From contig OX597824.1 in the NCBI GenBank assembly GCA_951406725.2, forward strand, positions 88,660,001-88,724,000: DNA of 64,000 nucleotides, read 5' to 3'. The notes under the pieces are model-generated. The model saw nothing but the letters and a program-made list of their open reading frames with translations. It had not been told where the DNA came from and searched no databases. Made by a program: the position numbers and the translations under genes. The DNA comes from Octopus vulgaris (Eukaryota). Below, in pieces: positions 51,739 through 63,651 of the stretch (its first letter is position 1; the number at the start of each line of letters is the position of its first letter).

Positions 51739-54700
51739 GCGGGCTTCTTTCAGTTTCCATCTAGCAAATTCACTCACAGTGCCATGCAGTGGGACTGAAC
51801 CCAGAACCATGTTGTTGGGAAGCAAGCTTCTTACCACACAGCCACTCCTGCTCCTATCATAATATCTATTTATTTACCTTTTTTTGTATTTTAGCTTCAA
51901 AGAAGTGTAAAGAAGCTGACTCAGAGAAAATATATGCACCGTTTGAACAAGGTAAAATTTTAACTTGTTTATTCTGTAGATTTGTATTTTGTACCATTCT
52001 ATACATGACTTGTTTAGTTCCATCATTAAAAGCCTTTTTGCTCAGGCACAATCCAACCAGGACCATGCCACCCAATCTGTCCTTTTCTTTGTATAACTGT
52101 TGGAGGTGACTGAAGAAAGAATTATATTGCTAATTGTAACAGTTTGAATGATTTTTCATCATCATCATCATCATCATCAACAACAGCCTCCTCCTCCTCC
52201 TTCTTCTCCTGACATTATTGTCCTGAGCCCTAGGACTTATACCTGGCCGGTGACCAGGTTTCTTGTGTTGTATAAGTGATCAAGATCACATCATCCCCCT
52301 GGATGGGATGCCAGACCATCGCAGGGTTACTCATTTACAGCTGAATGAACTGAAGCAACATCAAATGAAGTGATTTGCTCTAAAACACAATGCACTGCCA
52401 GGTCCAGGAATCGAAACCACAATCCTATGATTGTGAGTATAACCCCCTACCAACTGAGCCACGCTCCTTTACAATTATTTTTCTGTCGTGTGTGAATTTA
52501 CAGTTTCCTTATTTTTCTGATTTTTTTTTCCTCCTAGGCTGGAGAAGAGAAGTTGTTATTCGTTCAGTGTATAAAGAATTCACCAAGTTAGGCAAACCAA
52601 AGACAGCACCAGCGGATATTTACTATTATACTCCTGATAACAAGAAACTGGTAATGAATTTTTTATTTCATCTCGTTTCTATGTTTTATCACCAATTTGT
52701 CAGTAATAGTAATTGGTGTTTATTCTTTTAATCTTTTACTTCAGTCATTTGACTAGGGCCATGCTGGATCACTGCTTTAAAGGGTCTTTTAGTTGAAGAA
52801 ATTGATGGGCTTCTTTCAATTTCCGTCTACCAAATTCACTTACAAGGCCTTGGTTGGCCTGAAGCTATAGTAGAAGACACTTGCTCAAAGTGCCATTCAG
52901 TGAGACTGAACCCAGAACCATGTGGTTGGGAAGCAAGCTTCTTACCACACAGCCACTCTTGCTCCTATCATAATATTTATTTATTTACTTTTTCTTTGTA
53001 AGCCTGGTACTTATTCTATCGGTTCCTTTTGCCAAACCGCTAAGTTACAGGGACATAAATGGTTGTCAAGCGATGGTTGGGGAACAAACACAGACACAAG
53101 GACACACACATTGGGTTGAGGAATAATTCATGAGCATGTTTTTCAAATACATTTTAAACAAAAAAACTGCAACAGATTAACCCTTTAGTGTTCGTATTAT
53201 TCTGCCAAAATTAATCCTTTTTTATCCACATTGTTTTGAACTAATCATGGCTTATCTTGTAGCTATGAGATTTTGATGAGGTAGCTGTTAATTTTTAAAA
53301 CGATATTGTAGGGTTGGTCTGAGAGACCAGATCTGGCCAGTTTGAACATAAAACAGGCAGTATACTTTTGGCCGGATATGGCTAGTTTAAATGCTAAAGG
53401 GTTAATCAATAATATACTCTCCATTATTGTTTATGATTTCCTCCCATTGTTCAATAAGTTTTACGATGCCTTGGCAATAGAAATCTCCTGGTCTTGACTC
53501 AAAGCATTCATCCAACCAAGCCCTTAATTCCACATCATTATTGTACAATGCGCTGCACAAAGCATTCGAATGCGGTCAAAAGAGATGAAAATCTGACCGT
53601 TTAAAGTCTGGGGAGTATGGAGAATGAGGCAGCACTTCCCATTCAAGTTCTTGAATCGTGGCTTTGATCATATCGGCAATGTGAGGAGAGACATTGTCGT
53701 GTTGCAGATGAATGCCATTTCATCTCTTCGGTCTTTTTTGCTGAAATGCTTCGTCGGGTCGGTGTAGTTGTTGAACGTAGAGCTCCACATTGAGTGTTTG
53801 GTTATGCTCAAGCAGTTCATATTGAATTATGCCTTCCCAGTCCCACCATACAGGGCAACATGGCCTTTCAAGGATGACAGTCTTATTTTGCTCACAGAGT
53901 GGCTTCTTTGTCAAGGCTGAGCCATTCTTTTCGCTGCTTCATATTGACTTAAAGGCACCATTTTTCATTGCCAGGGACAATGTGGTAAAGAGAACGCTGT
54001 TTGTGTGTTGAGTGATATTGAGTGAGGTAACTGGTGGTGATTGTGGAGCATTGATTTTTGTTGTTTTTCGCTCAAAGTGTGTGGCACCCAAGTGCCGAGG
54101 TTCTGAACCTTGCCCATTGCGTGAAGGTGGTTCACAACAGTTTTTGATCACAATCCATCTGTTGGAAATAAATGGGTTTGGGGAGATATGGATATAAGGA
54201 ATGAGTAAAGAATCTACTGTAGACTGTTACAAGTTAATTAGTTAGTTAATTAGTTAGTTAATTTTTTGGCTCAAAAGCAAAAAGCAAGGCCATGTAGGGG
54301 GACATGGAGTTATGTACAGGGTGGTGTTCATGTAAAGAGTCCAGGCCACTTGAGGTCAAGGGAGACTTTGAACAAAGCGGTTGTCGGCATCTTCACCATC
54401 TCGTCTGGCAGCTTGTTCCACGGATCCGCAACCCAGACGGAGAAAGCTCCTCTCCTTCGATTGAGATGAAATCGCCGCAGGTAGAGCTTTTCGGAATGAC
54501 CCCGCAGCCGACGCTCTGGAGCAGGAGTGAAGAACAGCTCTTTCGAGAGGTTACACTTTCCGCTTATGATGTTGTGAGCGAGATTTCCTCCCTGAGAAGA
54601 AAGTGCAAGAAGTGATAATACAATCGACTAAATTGGACATGCTTGTTTTCTGTGAATGAGTTAATTTTTGTGTGTGTGCGTGTGCGCGTGCATATAGTTG

Positions 54701-56722
54701 TATATTTAATATATTTTAAATAATTTTAAACATTATTTTTTTATATTTTTTTAGCGATCAATGGTACAAATTGTTAATTACTGTAAGTATCATTTAAGTT
54801 TTTTTTTTTTATTCATCTTAAGAATGAATTTTGTATAGATGTATAGTGTTAAAATGCTCTGAAGAATATCAGTAGCAGATGAAAATTGGATTTAGCAATT
54901 CCGTTGCTGGATGATTTTTGTCTGCTGCTGGTCTTCCTCTGTATTTTTTAGCACTGTTTGTCTATTTGGGAAGCTTTCTCGAGACAAATACTGCAGTTGT
55001 GTGGCTTTCTTCAGTGTATCCATTTTAAATATACATACAATATACATACAAAGACACATACAATAGGAATACAAAATACAAAAGGGCTGACCGTTAGTAA
55101 GGAGAGACACACAAATAAGAAAGAAGAAAGCAAAGGACCACTGATGGGTTCACAGAAGTGTGACGAAAGAACTCTGGCCGAAATAAGATTAAGATTAATG
55201 TAAAAAATAAATAACGCTGAAGCAAATTGATACCAAATATACAGTGCGTGTGTTTTTATTGGCTAAACTGGCAAAATGACCATTCCTAAATACAACAACT
55301 TCTGTTTCAACACACGATTTCACATCAAGAATCTTGCAAAACAAATATATAAACGTAACATTTTAAATATGTTATCCAGAATACTATTTTGAAATAAATA
55401 TGCGAGTCATTGTCTCTTTCTAATCAAGATTCTGTCTCCTTGTCTTCATTGCTTTCAACTTGAATCTATTAATTAGTTTCATAAGATATAAATTCCTACC
55501 AAGGAATAGACTTATGGGTTTCTAGTCATTAGTGAAGTAAATCGATATATATTAATGGACAGATTGTAAAGTTTACTCTCTCTTTTACTCTTTTACTTGT
55601 TTCGGCCATTTTACTATGGCCATGCTGGAGCACCGCCTTTAGTCAAGCAAATCAACCCCAGGACTTATTCTTTGTAAGCCTAATACTTATTCTATTGGTC
55701 TCTTGCCGAACCACTAAGTTACGGGGATCTAAACACACTAGCATTGGTTGTCAAGCGATGTTGGAGGGACAAATACAGACGCACAAACATGTACACACAC
55801 ACATACACATATACTACGGGCTTCTTTCAGTTTCCAACTACCAAATCTACTCACAAGGCTTTGATCGGCCTGAGGCTATAGTAGAAGACAGTTGCCCGAG
55901 GTGCCACGCAGTGGGACTGAACCCGGAACCATGTGGTTGGTAAGCAAGCTGCTTACCACACAGCCACTCCTACACCTATGTTTGTTATAATAAATATTTC
56001 ATATAGTTTATTTTTGTGTTACTTTTTTTTGTTTTTTTTTCTATTTAGCTGATTTATCTTTTTATTTTGCAGTAGAAGGAAAAAACACAAACTTGACAGT
56101 TGAAAACTTCAACTTTCTACGCCGACCTATTTATGAACCACCGTTTGAGATGGTGCGTACAGCCGGCAGCCATGGAGTCCGGCACAGAAGCCCAGACGGT
56201 GAATTTTTATTCAATAAGAAATCTAGTAAGAAAATTCGAAAAGAATCTTATGGAAGTAATGACTCCATGACTATTGAAGACGATTCAGATGTGCAGCTTA
56301 TAGAAAGTCCTTCATACAAGGAATTGTCTCTGACGGGTGGTAAAGCAAACAACAAATTCTCCAAATTGAAATCCAAATCAAGTCCTGCAAAGCGTCAGGC
56401 GGAGAATAGTAATTCCAGTGAGGTAACTCCGAAGCGAATAAAATCCGTTGCTCGAAAGAGTACAACTCTAATTTCTAAATCAATGTTGTAAGTATTTTTT
56501 TATCTATTTCCTGTAGTTTTCCCAAGAATTTACTCTTTTACTCTTTTCAGTCGTTTGACTGCAGCCATGCTGGAGCACCGCCTATAGTCGAGCAAATCGA
56601 CCCCGGGACTTATTCTTTGTAAGCCCAGTACTTATTCTATCGGTCTCTTTTTGCCGAACCGCTAAGTGACGGGGACGTAAACACACCAGCATTGGTTGTC
56701 AAGCAATGCTAGGAGGACACAA

Positions 56723-56769
<47 letters not shown>

Positions 56770-57138
56770 ACAGGTTTCTTTCAGTTTCCGTCTACCAAAT
56801 CCACTCACAAGGCTTTGGTCGGCCCAGGGCTATAGCAGAAGACACTTGCCCAAGATACCACGCAGTGGGACTGAACCCGGAACCATGTGGTTGGTTAGCA
56901 AGCTACTTACCACACAGCCACTCCTTCACAATTCTGAAATTCTTTCTCCATTTGTAATTTAGAATTCATGTAAAGGTGCAGGCATGACTGTGTGGTTAAG
57001 ATGCTTGCTTTGTAACCACATGATTCTGGGTTCAGTCCCACTGCACAGCACCTTGGGCAAGTGTCTTCTATTATAGCCCCATGCCAGCAAATGCCTTGTG
57101 AGTAAATTCAGTAGTTGGAAACTGTGTAGAAGCCCATC

Positions 57139-57175
<37 letters not shown>

Positions 57176-59266
57176 CCTGCTCGCTTAGCCAGCGGGGTGG
57201 CGTCATTTTAAGGCTAAAAGAATGCGAAGCGCATTGTGACCAGCGATGTGTAACAACATCTGATAGCCTGGTCGGTCACGTAATCACGTGATATATATAT
57301 ATGTATACGTGTTTGAGTCTGTGTCTGTCTGTCTCTCCCCCTACCACTTGACAACCAGTGTTGGTTTGTTTACATTCCCGTAATTTAAATAGTTCAGCAA
57401 AATTGGCCAATAGAATTAGTACCAAGCTCAAAAATAAGTGTGGTGTTGATTTCTTGGAGTGAAAGGTTTCAAGGTGGTGCCCCAGTATGGCCACAACCCA
57501 GTGACTGAAACAAGTAAAAAATAAACAGTTTTCAATAATTTGCTTTTGTCTTTCATTTGAAGTCCCCTAAAAATCATCTGTAGGATTGCATTGATGCCAA
57601 TACATAGAGTAGCAGAGCAAGTAACCGAAATAGTAGCAGCAACACTTTATTACAGTTTAACCCTTTTGTTACCATACGTAAAAAGCACCATCCGACTGTG
57701 GCCGTTTGCCAGGCCTGTCTGGCACCTGTGCTGGTAGCACGTAAAAAGCACCCACTACACTCACAGAGTGGTTGGCGTTAGGAAGGGCATCCAGCCGTAG
57801 AAACATTGCCAGATCAGACTGGACCTGGTGCAGCCTTCTGGCTTCCCAGACCCCAGTTGAACCGTCCAACCCATGCTAGCATGGAAAGTGGACGCTAAAT
57901 GATGATGATGATGATTTCTGCTGAGATGCTCGGGGCTTCTTTCAATTAATTCTAAATATAACAAAAAATTTAGTAAAATAACTTGGTTATCATTCAGCTA
58001 GTGTTAGGAACATATATTGTGACTAAGGTTTGGTGGAAGATCTTAATTTAGAACTTATAAAAACAAGACATTTGTACTACAGAGCCAGAGGTGGTTTTAG
58101 GTGGGTTGGTATCAAAAGGGTTACTGTGACGTCATCACTAGTGCTTTCTACATGGTACCAGCATGAGTGCTTTTAACCTTTTTGTTCCCATATTTCTGTT
58201 GAGATGCTCTGTGTTTCTTTCAATTAATTCTAAATATAACAAAGAATTTAGTAAAATAACTTAGTTATCATTAAGCTTGTGTTAAGAGTACATAAATTGT
58301 GACTAAGGTTTGGTGGAAGATTTTAATTCAAAACTTATGAAAACAAGACATCTGTACTACAGAGCCAGTGCCAGTTTCAGCTGTTTGAGATGCTCTGTGT
58401 TTCTTTCAATTAATTCTAAATATAACAAAGAATTTAGTAAAATAACTTAGTTATCATTAAGCTAGTGTTAAGAGCATAAATTGTGACTAAGGTTTGGTAG
58501 AAGATCTTAATTTAGAAATTTTGAAAACAAGACATTTGTACTAGAGCCAGAGGCAGTTTCAGACAGGTTGCTATCAAAAGGGTTAAAGATTTCATCATCA
58601 TCATCATCATTTTAACTTCCACTTTTCCATGCATGTATCAAGGCTGGTTTTTTTTTTTTTTTTTTTTTTTTTTTTGGCTGGATGCCATTCCTGTTGCCAA
58701 CCCTCTGTATCTAAATATTTTTAGGGGATAGTGGAAATGAAGGACATCACGTGCATGTTGATAACACTCCTTTGCAACTATCACAGAAAGTGAAGGCACA
58801 CACACACACACAAAGAGGGCTTCTTTCATTTTCCATTTTTTTTACAAATATTAATTTAGATTTCAGTGCTTTTCTAAATCTACTTAAATGGCTAAACCAA
58901 AAACAATCTCAGAGGCTTGCTTCATTGTATGTTCAATCTGTAGTGACCACCACTGTAAATCACAATTTGTTAAATGTTTCAATTTATATTTATTGCAGAG
59001 TTAATATGAACAAAAGAAATTCTTTCCAACCCTGTTCCCTCAACTGTCCAGGCCTTACAGGCATTCCTCCTCAACTGCATTGTGATATATGCATGTGTCT
59101 ATTTCATAATTCATGTGTAAACCTGAAAGAAGATGAGGTTCCTCAAAATTTCAAATGCAAAGTAAGCACTTTTAACATTATACCAATCTTAGTATTAACC
59201 TTTTGCCAGTTGAAAACATAAGTTTGTCCTAAATGTCTGGTTTTCAGACATTTAGTTAATCCTTAT

Positions 59267-59316
<50 letters not shown>

Positions 59317-62070
59317 AATTATTGTGTCTAGTGCTCAGGTGCACTACAACTCATCAAAGGTTCATGTACAGAACATAGAATTATGTACAAAAGTCAAGAA
59401 AGTGAACAGTGTATGAGTCAAGATATATATAATATATAATGAAATTATTGTATACAGTGCTCAGGTGCACCACAACTTGTCAAAAGTGCATATAAAGCAT
59501 ATGCAGTAATGTACAAATGTCTGGAAAGTGAACAGTGTATGTGTCAGATACATATTCGCGTGTGTATGGAGGGGAGAAAATCAGGTGTAGTGTTGGCGAA
59601 TCTCAGGAAGCATGGAAGTTTTGAAGGATGCAGTGCTCCTACTTTTGAAGGATGCAGTGCTCCGACTTTTGAAGGATGTATCTACGTATGTATAATAATG
59701 ATAATAATAATAATAATGAAATTATTGTATACAGTGCTCAGGTGCACCACAACTTGTCAAAAGTGTGTATAAAGCATATATAGTAATGTACAAATGTCTG
59801 GGAAGTGAACAGTGTATGAGTCAGATACATGCTTGCGTGTGTATGGAGGGGAGAAGATCAGGTGTAGTGTTGGCGAATCTCAGGAAGCATGGAAGTTTTG
59901 AAGGATGCAGTGCTCTGACAACTAACAACTGATGCTAGCAGTTTGTTCCATGCTTCAGCAACTCTTAGCGTGAAAAAATGTTTCCGAAAGTCATGGGAGC
60001 TGTGCTGTTTTCTGACTTTGTAAACATGTCCACAGGTGTTAGACAGGTGGAGTTTGAAAAGGTGCTCAGAGTTATTGTTAGTAAGATGGTTGATAATTTT
60101 ACAGGTGTCTGCCAAGTCAGCTGCCATATACATATGTGCATGCATGTTTTATACTTTCTGGGTAATATAAAGTTTTCCTTACACAAGTCCCAAATTACTG
60201 TGGGATTTTAAAAAAAAATAGCAATGTTTATCAGATGATACATTGACACCGGGCAAGTAAGTCGTTTGTGTCATGTGATACACAAGACAGACAAATCTTC
60301 CCTTCTTCCCATTTACAGATATCTCTCTTTTCTCTCTTTTACTTGTTTCAGTCATTTGACTGTGGCCATGCTGGAGCACCGCCTTTAGTCGAGCAAATTG
60401 ACCCCGGGACTTATCCTTTGTAAGCCCAGTACTTATTCTATCGGTCTCTTTTGCCGAACCGCTAAGTGATGGGGACGTAAACACACCAACATCGGTTGTC
60501 AAGCAATGCTAGGGGGACAACACAGACACACAAACATATGCACACACATACATATACACATATATATACATATATATGACAGGCTTCTTTCAGTTTCCAT
60601 CTACCAAATCCACTCACAAGGCATTGGTCGGCCCGGGGCTATAGTAGAAGACGCTTGCCCAAGGTGCCACGCAGTGGGACTGAACCCGGAACCATGTGGT
60701 TGGTTAGCAAGCTACTTACCACACAGCCACTCCTGCGCCTGTTTTTATTTTTCTTAAAACTAAATTGACTTTGAATTATACTCTTTGTTAGATGATTAGA
60801 TTAATTATTACCTCTAATTTGACTAATTTCAGAACTGTGAAATGGATCTTGGTGATTGGATTCCCCCAGTTGAAACCACTGCATCTAATAGTTTGTCTGG
60901 TAATAGAACAGTCAAGACGCATCATTCTTCATGGAATAATGAAAAGGGAAGAAAATCTACCATGCCATCTGTGATTCAGCTTTCTAAAGATACAAACTTT
61001 TTATCTCAAGCATCCAAATCTGATTCTCAGCTGTTAAAAAGTGCTTCGAATGGATCCCCTAGATACGTTGTCATGAACATTGTAAAATCCACCGATTCCT
61101 TATCACCTGATCCCTCACAATCCTATCATATAAAAGACTTGCAGTCCTCTTCAGACATCCCAGATTGCAAATCTCAAATCCAAGCTTCACTCAATACATT
61201 GCAAGCGTCCGTAAGTCCTCGTTTGAAATCAAACAAATCTAATAACTCATTAAACGCATCAAAGACTCTGTCTCACTCTTCGCCACCTTTACCTCATTCA
61301 GTTCCTTCTTCAATGCTGAAAGACACCAGCAGTATTTCAGAAACTACAGCACCCAACACTTTCACAGTCACAAACACTCCCTCTACAAGTGCTTCTTTCA
61401 ATACACTCATCCAAACCCCAAAAGACTTGAATGATACTACCTCATCATCATCATCACCACCATCTGATTGTCCTGTAAATGCTTCATCTAAATCTCTCAC
61501 TTCCACTCACTCACAACCTAATCTATCATCAGCCAATATTAAACTGGAAGTTCCAGCTTCATCTCCAAGTAGTTCTAGTAATGTTAGGGATGGTGATGCT
61601 GGCAAAGACAATTACCCACGCTCAGGCCAGCTTCTTACATTACCATTAGCAGTAGCAAAGCGTTTAGATTCCTCTCTTCCTCTTGCATTACGCATCAATA
61701 ACATGCAGCTCTTTATCCCCCCATCCCGTTGCATAAACACACCTGAAGGATTAAAGGTTTTTCTGCCACCCAAGACATTTTCGGTACCCAGTGGCTCCAC
61801 AACCACAATGAATATAACCTTTTCATCGGGTACTGTGTCTGGTGATAGTACCAAAGATTACTCTGTGTCTCTCTTGGAGAAGAACAAAGCAAGTGAAAGC
61901 AATCCAGCTGTAGATAAAAGTAAAACCTTGGAATCTGTAAAAACAATCAGCAAAGTTCAAAAATGCCGAAGCAAATTTAACAACTACCTGTGTCCTTTCA
62001 AAAAATTATATTCTGGCTACTCTAGTATGCTGCAGATATTTCACTATTTAAGTGCAGGAGATCTTGCCAG
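46379..62070 (+). CDS. MBD-PHD-F-box protein gene, 3'-incomplete (whole span in window)
   Basis: Seven in-frame exons with AG/GT boundaries: 46358(ATG 46379)-49637, 51895-51951, 52538-52650, 54755-54782, 56073-56487, 58999-59161, 60833-62070. They encode an MBD (PFEQGWRREVVIR...ADIYYYTPDNKKLRSMVQIVNYL...LTVENFNF), a C4HC3 PHD and an F-box-like start (MLQIFHYLSAGDLAR). Confidence 0.85.
49674..50375. mobile_element. piggyBac-like MITE P2 dimer with nested family B fragment
   Basis: TTAA-CCC termini; family B insert at 49814-50057. Confidence 0.75.
50697..51056 (+). mobile_element. Family B element
   Basis: Same consensus. Confidence 0.8.
51895..51951 (+). CDS. MBD exon a (ASKKCKEADSEKIYAPFEQ)
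   Basis: ttttAG|...G|GTaaa; phase 1->1. Confidence 0.85.
52538..52650 (+). CDS. MBD exon b (GWRREVVIRSVYKEFTKLGKPKTAPADIYYYTPDNKKL)
   Basis: cctAG|...|GTaatg; GWxR and DxYYxxPxxKxL signature of MBD domains. Confidence 0.92.
53111..54190 (-). mobile_element. Decayed mariner transposase remnant
   Basis: Fragments VWWDWEGIIQYELL...YVQQL, HDNVSPH and LPHSPYSPD..SDFHLF on the minus strand; interrupted by a TTAA MITE. Confidence 0.85.
54232..54612 (-). mobile_element. CR1-type LINE 3' remnant with short tandem tail
   Basis: LRGHSEKLYLRRFHLNRRRGAFSVWVADPWNKLPDEMV...LFKVSLD; TAACTAAT-like tail at 54232-54262. Confidence 0.75.
54755..54782 (+). CDS. MBD 28-nt micro-exon (RSMVQIVNY)
   Basis: Long T tract + AG|...|GTaagt; supplies the RS..Y helix that the MBD needs; phase 0->1 fits its neighbours. 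Confidence 0.85.
55575..55978 (-). mobile_element. SINE family A
   Basis: Same consensus. Confidence 0.8.
56073..56487 (+). CDS. MBD C-terminal end plus basic linker (LEGKNTNLTVENFNFLRRPIYEPPFEMVRTA...)
   Basis: ttgcAG|...|GTaagt; track ORF 56093..56491; phase 1->2; Lys/Arg-rich NLS-like segments. Confidence 0.88.
56530..57522. mobile_element. Head-to-head SINE family A pair (- 56530-56925; diverged + 56974-57522)
   Basis: Same consensus, opposite orientation. Confidence 0.8.
57657..58586. mobile_element. piggyBac-like MITE P2 cluster with nested family B element (57674-57914)
   Basis: TTAA-CCC...GGG-TTAA termini and shared body. Confidence 0.75.
58999..59161 (+). CDS. PHD finger exon (CSLNC...HCDICMCLFHNSCV...FKCK)
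   Basis: ttgcAG|...|GTaagc; C4HC3 spacing completed by NC in the next exon. Confidence 0.88.
59265..60105 (-). mobile_element. CR1/L2-type LINE 3' remnant, same family as 23.5 kb, with tandemly duplicated 3' UTR
   Basis: NTCGHVYKVRK...RKHFFTLRVAEAWNKL; the 3' UTR block recurs at ~59315, 59440 and 59717. Confidence 0.8.
60325..60740 (-). mobile_element. SINE family A
   Basis: Same consensus. Confidence 0.85.
60833..62070 (+). CDS. Exon with PHD end, Ser/Pro-rich region, hydrophobic island and start of an F-box
   Basis: tttcAG|AAC TGT GAA ATG; track ORF 60842..62074; ends GCC AG|GTgagt inside YSSMLQIFHYLSAGDLAR. Confidence 0.85.
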
Positions 62071-62805
62071 GTGAGTTTCTGAATAAATTTACTCTGAAAT
62101 GTTTTAAACTCGAGACATTTTCTTGAAACAGTTGTGTGTGTGTGTGTGTGTGTGAGAGAAGAGGGATGAAGAAGACTAACAAGCCAAAACTTCGAAGTCA
62201 CTATTCACCCACTTCTTGTAGAAGTTTAATAAACATGTTCTCTACTAAAACGTATTGAGTAATTCTTCAGTTTAATGTGAAATTGTTTTTATATATGTGA
62301 CAAAAACAAACACAACTGCCTACAACCTCAATACAATTGACATGTACAGGCACAACAAATTACTTTTTTCCATAGGCTGAAACAGCTGTAAGTGATTTTA
62401 ATGATTTTAACAATTTATATTAATGTTTTTTTTTTAATAACTGCTTGTATTCTTATCTTATATGCATTGAATAATATACTATATGTATGTATATGTTATT
62501 ATGGTTGTCGTTTTGATAAATAAATAAGTCAACATTCTAATATCCTAAAGCTGATGAACCAACTAATGTGTTTCTCCATTTTCTTATTTGTAATATATAT
62601 ATATAGAGAGAGAGAGATAGATAGATATATAACTCCAATAAAGTTAGAGGTTGTGAATCCAACCAACTAAGGGATAATATCTATCCAATATACTGCTGAT
62701 AGAATACCCAGTTATTAATACACAAGCGTTTTTTTATTGCATTGCAATTACATTACCTAGCGTACTCAATGGGTGAAGGTAAAGAGATATTTTACCATTA
62801 ATTTA

Positions 62806-63342
62806 TATAGCAATAAGAAAATGGAGGGGATCAGTAGGTGGTTCATCAACTTTTAGACATTATATTATGTTAATTTATTTATTTACTTACTAAACTGACA
62901 ATTACAATAATATACATACATGTCTAACATATGCTTTACAAATAAAATATAAAATATATTAATATATATTGATACCAGTAATTAGTATAAAATAACAAAC
63001 ATGAATATAAATTGGGAAAAATATCTTACAGCTGTTTCGGCCAAGAGGTAAAAATACCTCAGTCTACTTGAGTAATAAAGGTAGAATGAGGTATTTTTAC
63101 CTCTTGGCTGAAACAGCTGTAAGCTATTTTCCCAATTTATATTCATGTATGTTATTTTGTAATAATTACTGGTATCATTATATATTAATATATCTTATAT
63201 CTTATATGTAAAGAATAATATGTTTTATGTATGTATATTCTTGTAATTGTCAGTTTAGTAAATAAATAAATAAGTTAGCATAATATAATGTCTAAAAGTT
63301 GATGAACCACCTATTGATCCCCTCCATTTTCTTATTGCTATA
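62806..63342. repeat. Foldback inverted repeat, ~255-bp arms (PLE-like 3' end)
   Basis: Arm 62806-63061 mirrors 63087-63342; each arm carries GAAACAGCTGTAAG; related single copies at ~13750-13930 and ~62370-62595. Confidence 0.9.
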
Positions 63343-63351
63343 TATATATAT

Positions 63352-63620
63352 ATCATCATCATCGTTTAGCATCCGCTTTCCATGCTAGCATGGGTTGGAC
63401 GGTTCAACTGGGGTCTGGGAAGCCAGAAGGCTGCACCAGGCCCAGTCTGATCTGGCAATGTTTCTACGGCTGGATGCCCTTCCTAACGCCAACCACTCTG
63501 TGAGTGTAGTGGGTGCTTTTTACGTGCCACCGGCACAAGTTCCAGACGAGTCTGGCAAACGGCCACAATCGGATGGTGCTTTTTATGTGCCACCGGCACG
63601 GGGGCCAGGCGAGGCTGGCA

Positions 63621-63621
<1 letters not shown>
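63352..63621 (-). mobile_element. Family B element
   Basis: Same consensus. Confidence 0.8.

Positions 63622-63651
<30 letters not shown>

Noticed and set aside
52538-59161. Assignment of the plus-strand gene to BAZ2, SETDB1, MBD-R2/PHF20 or KDM2
   Set aside because: No DDT, Tudor, SET, JmjC or CxxC motifs are visible in the reconstructed protein, so no gene symbol is given.
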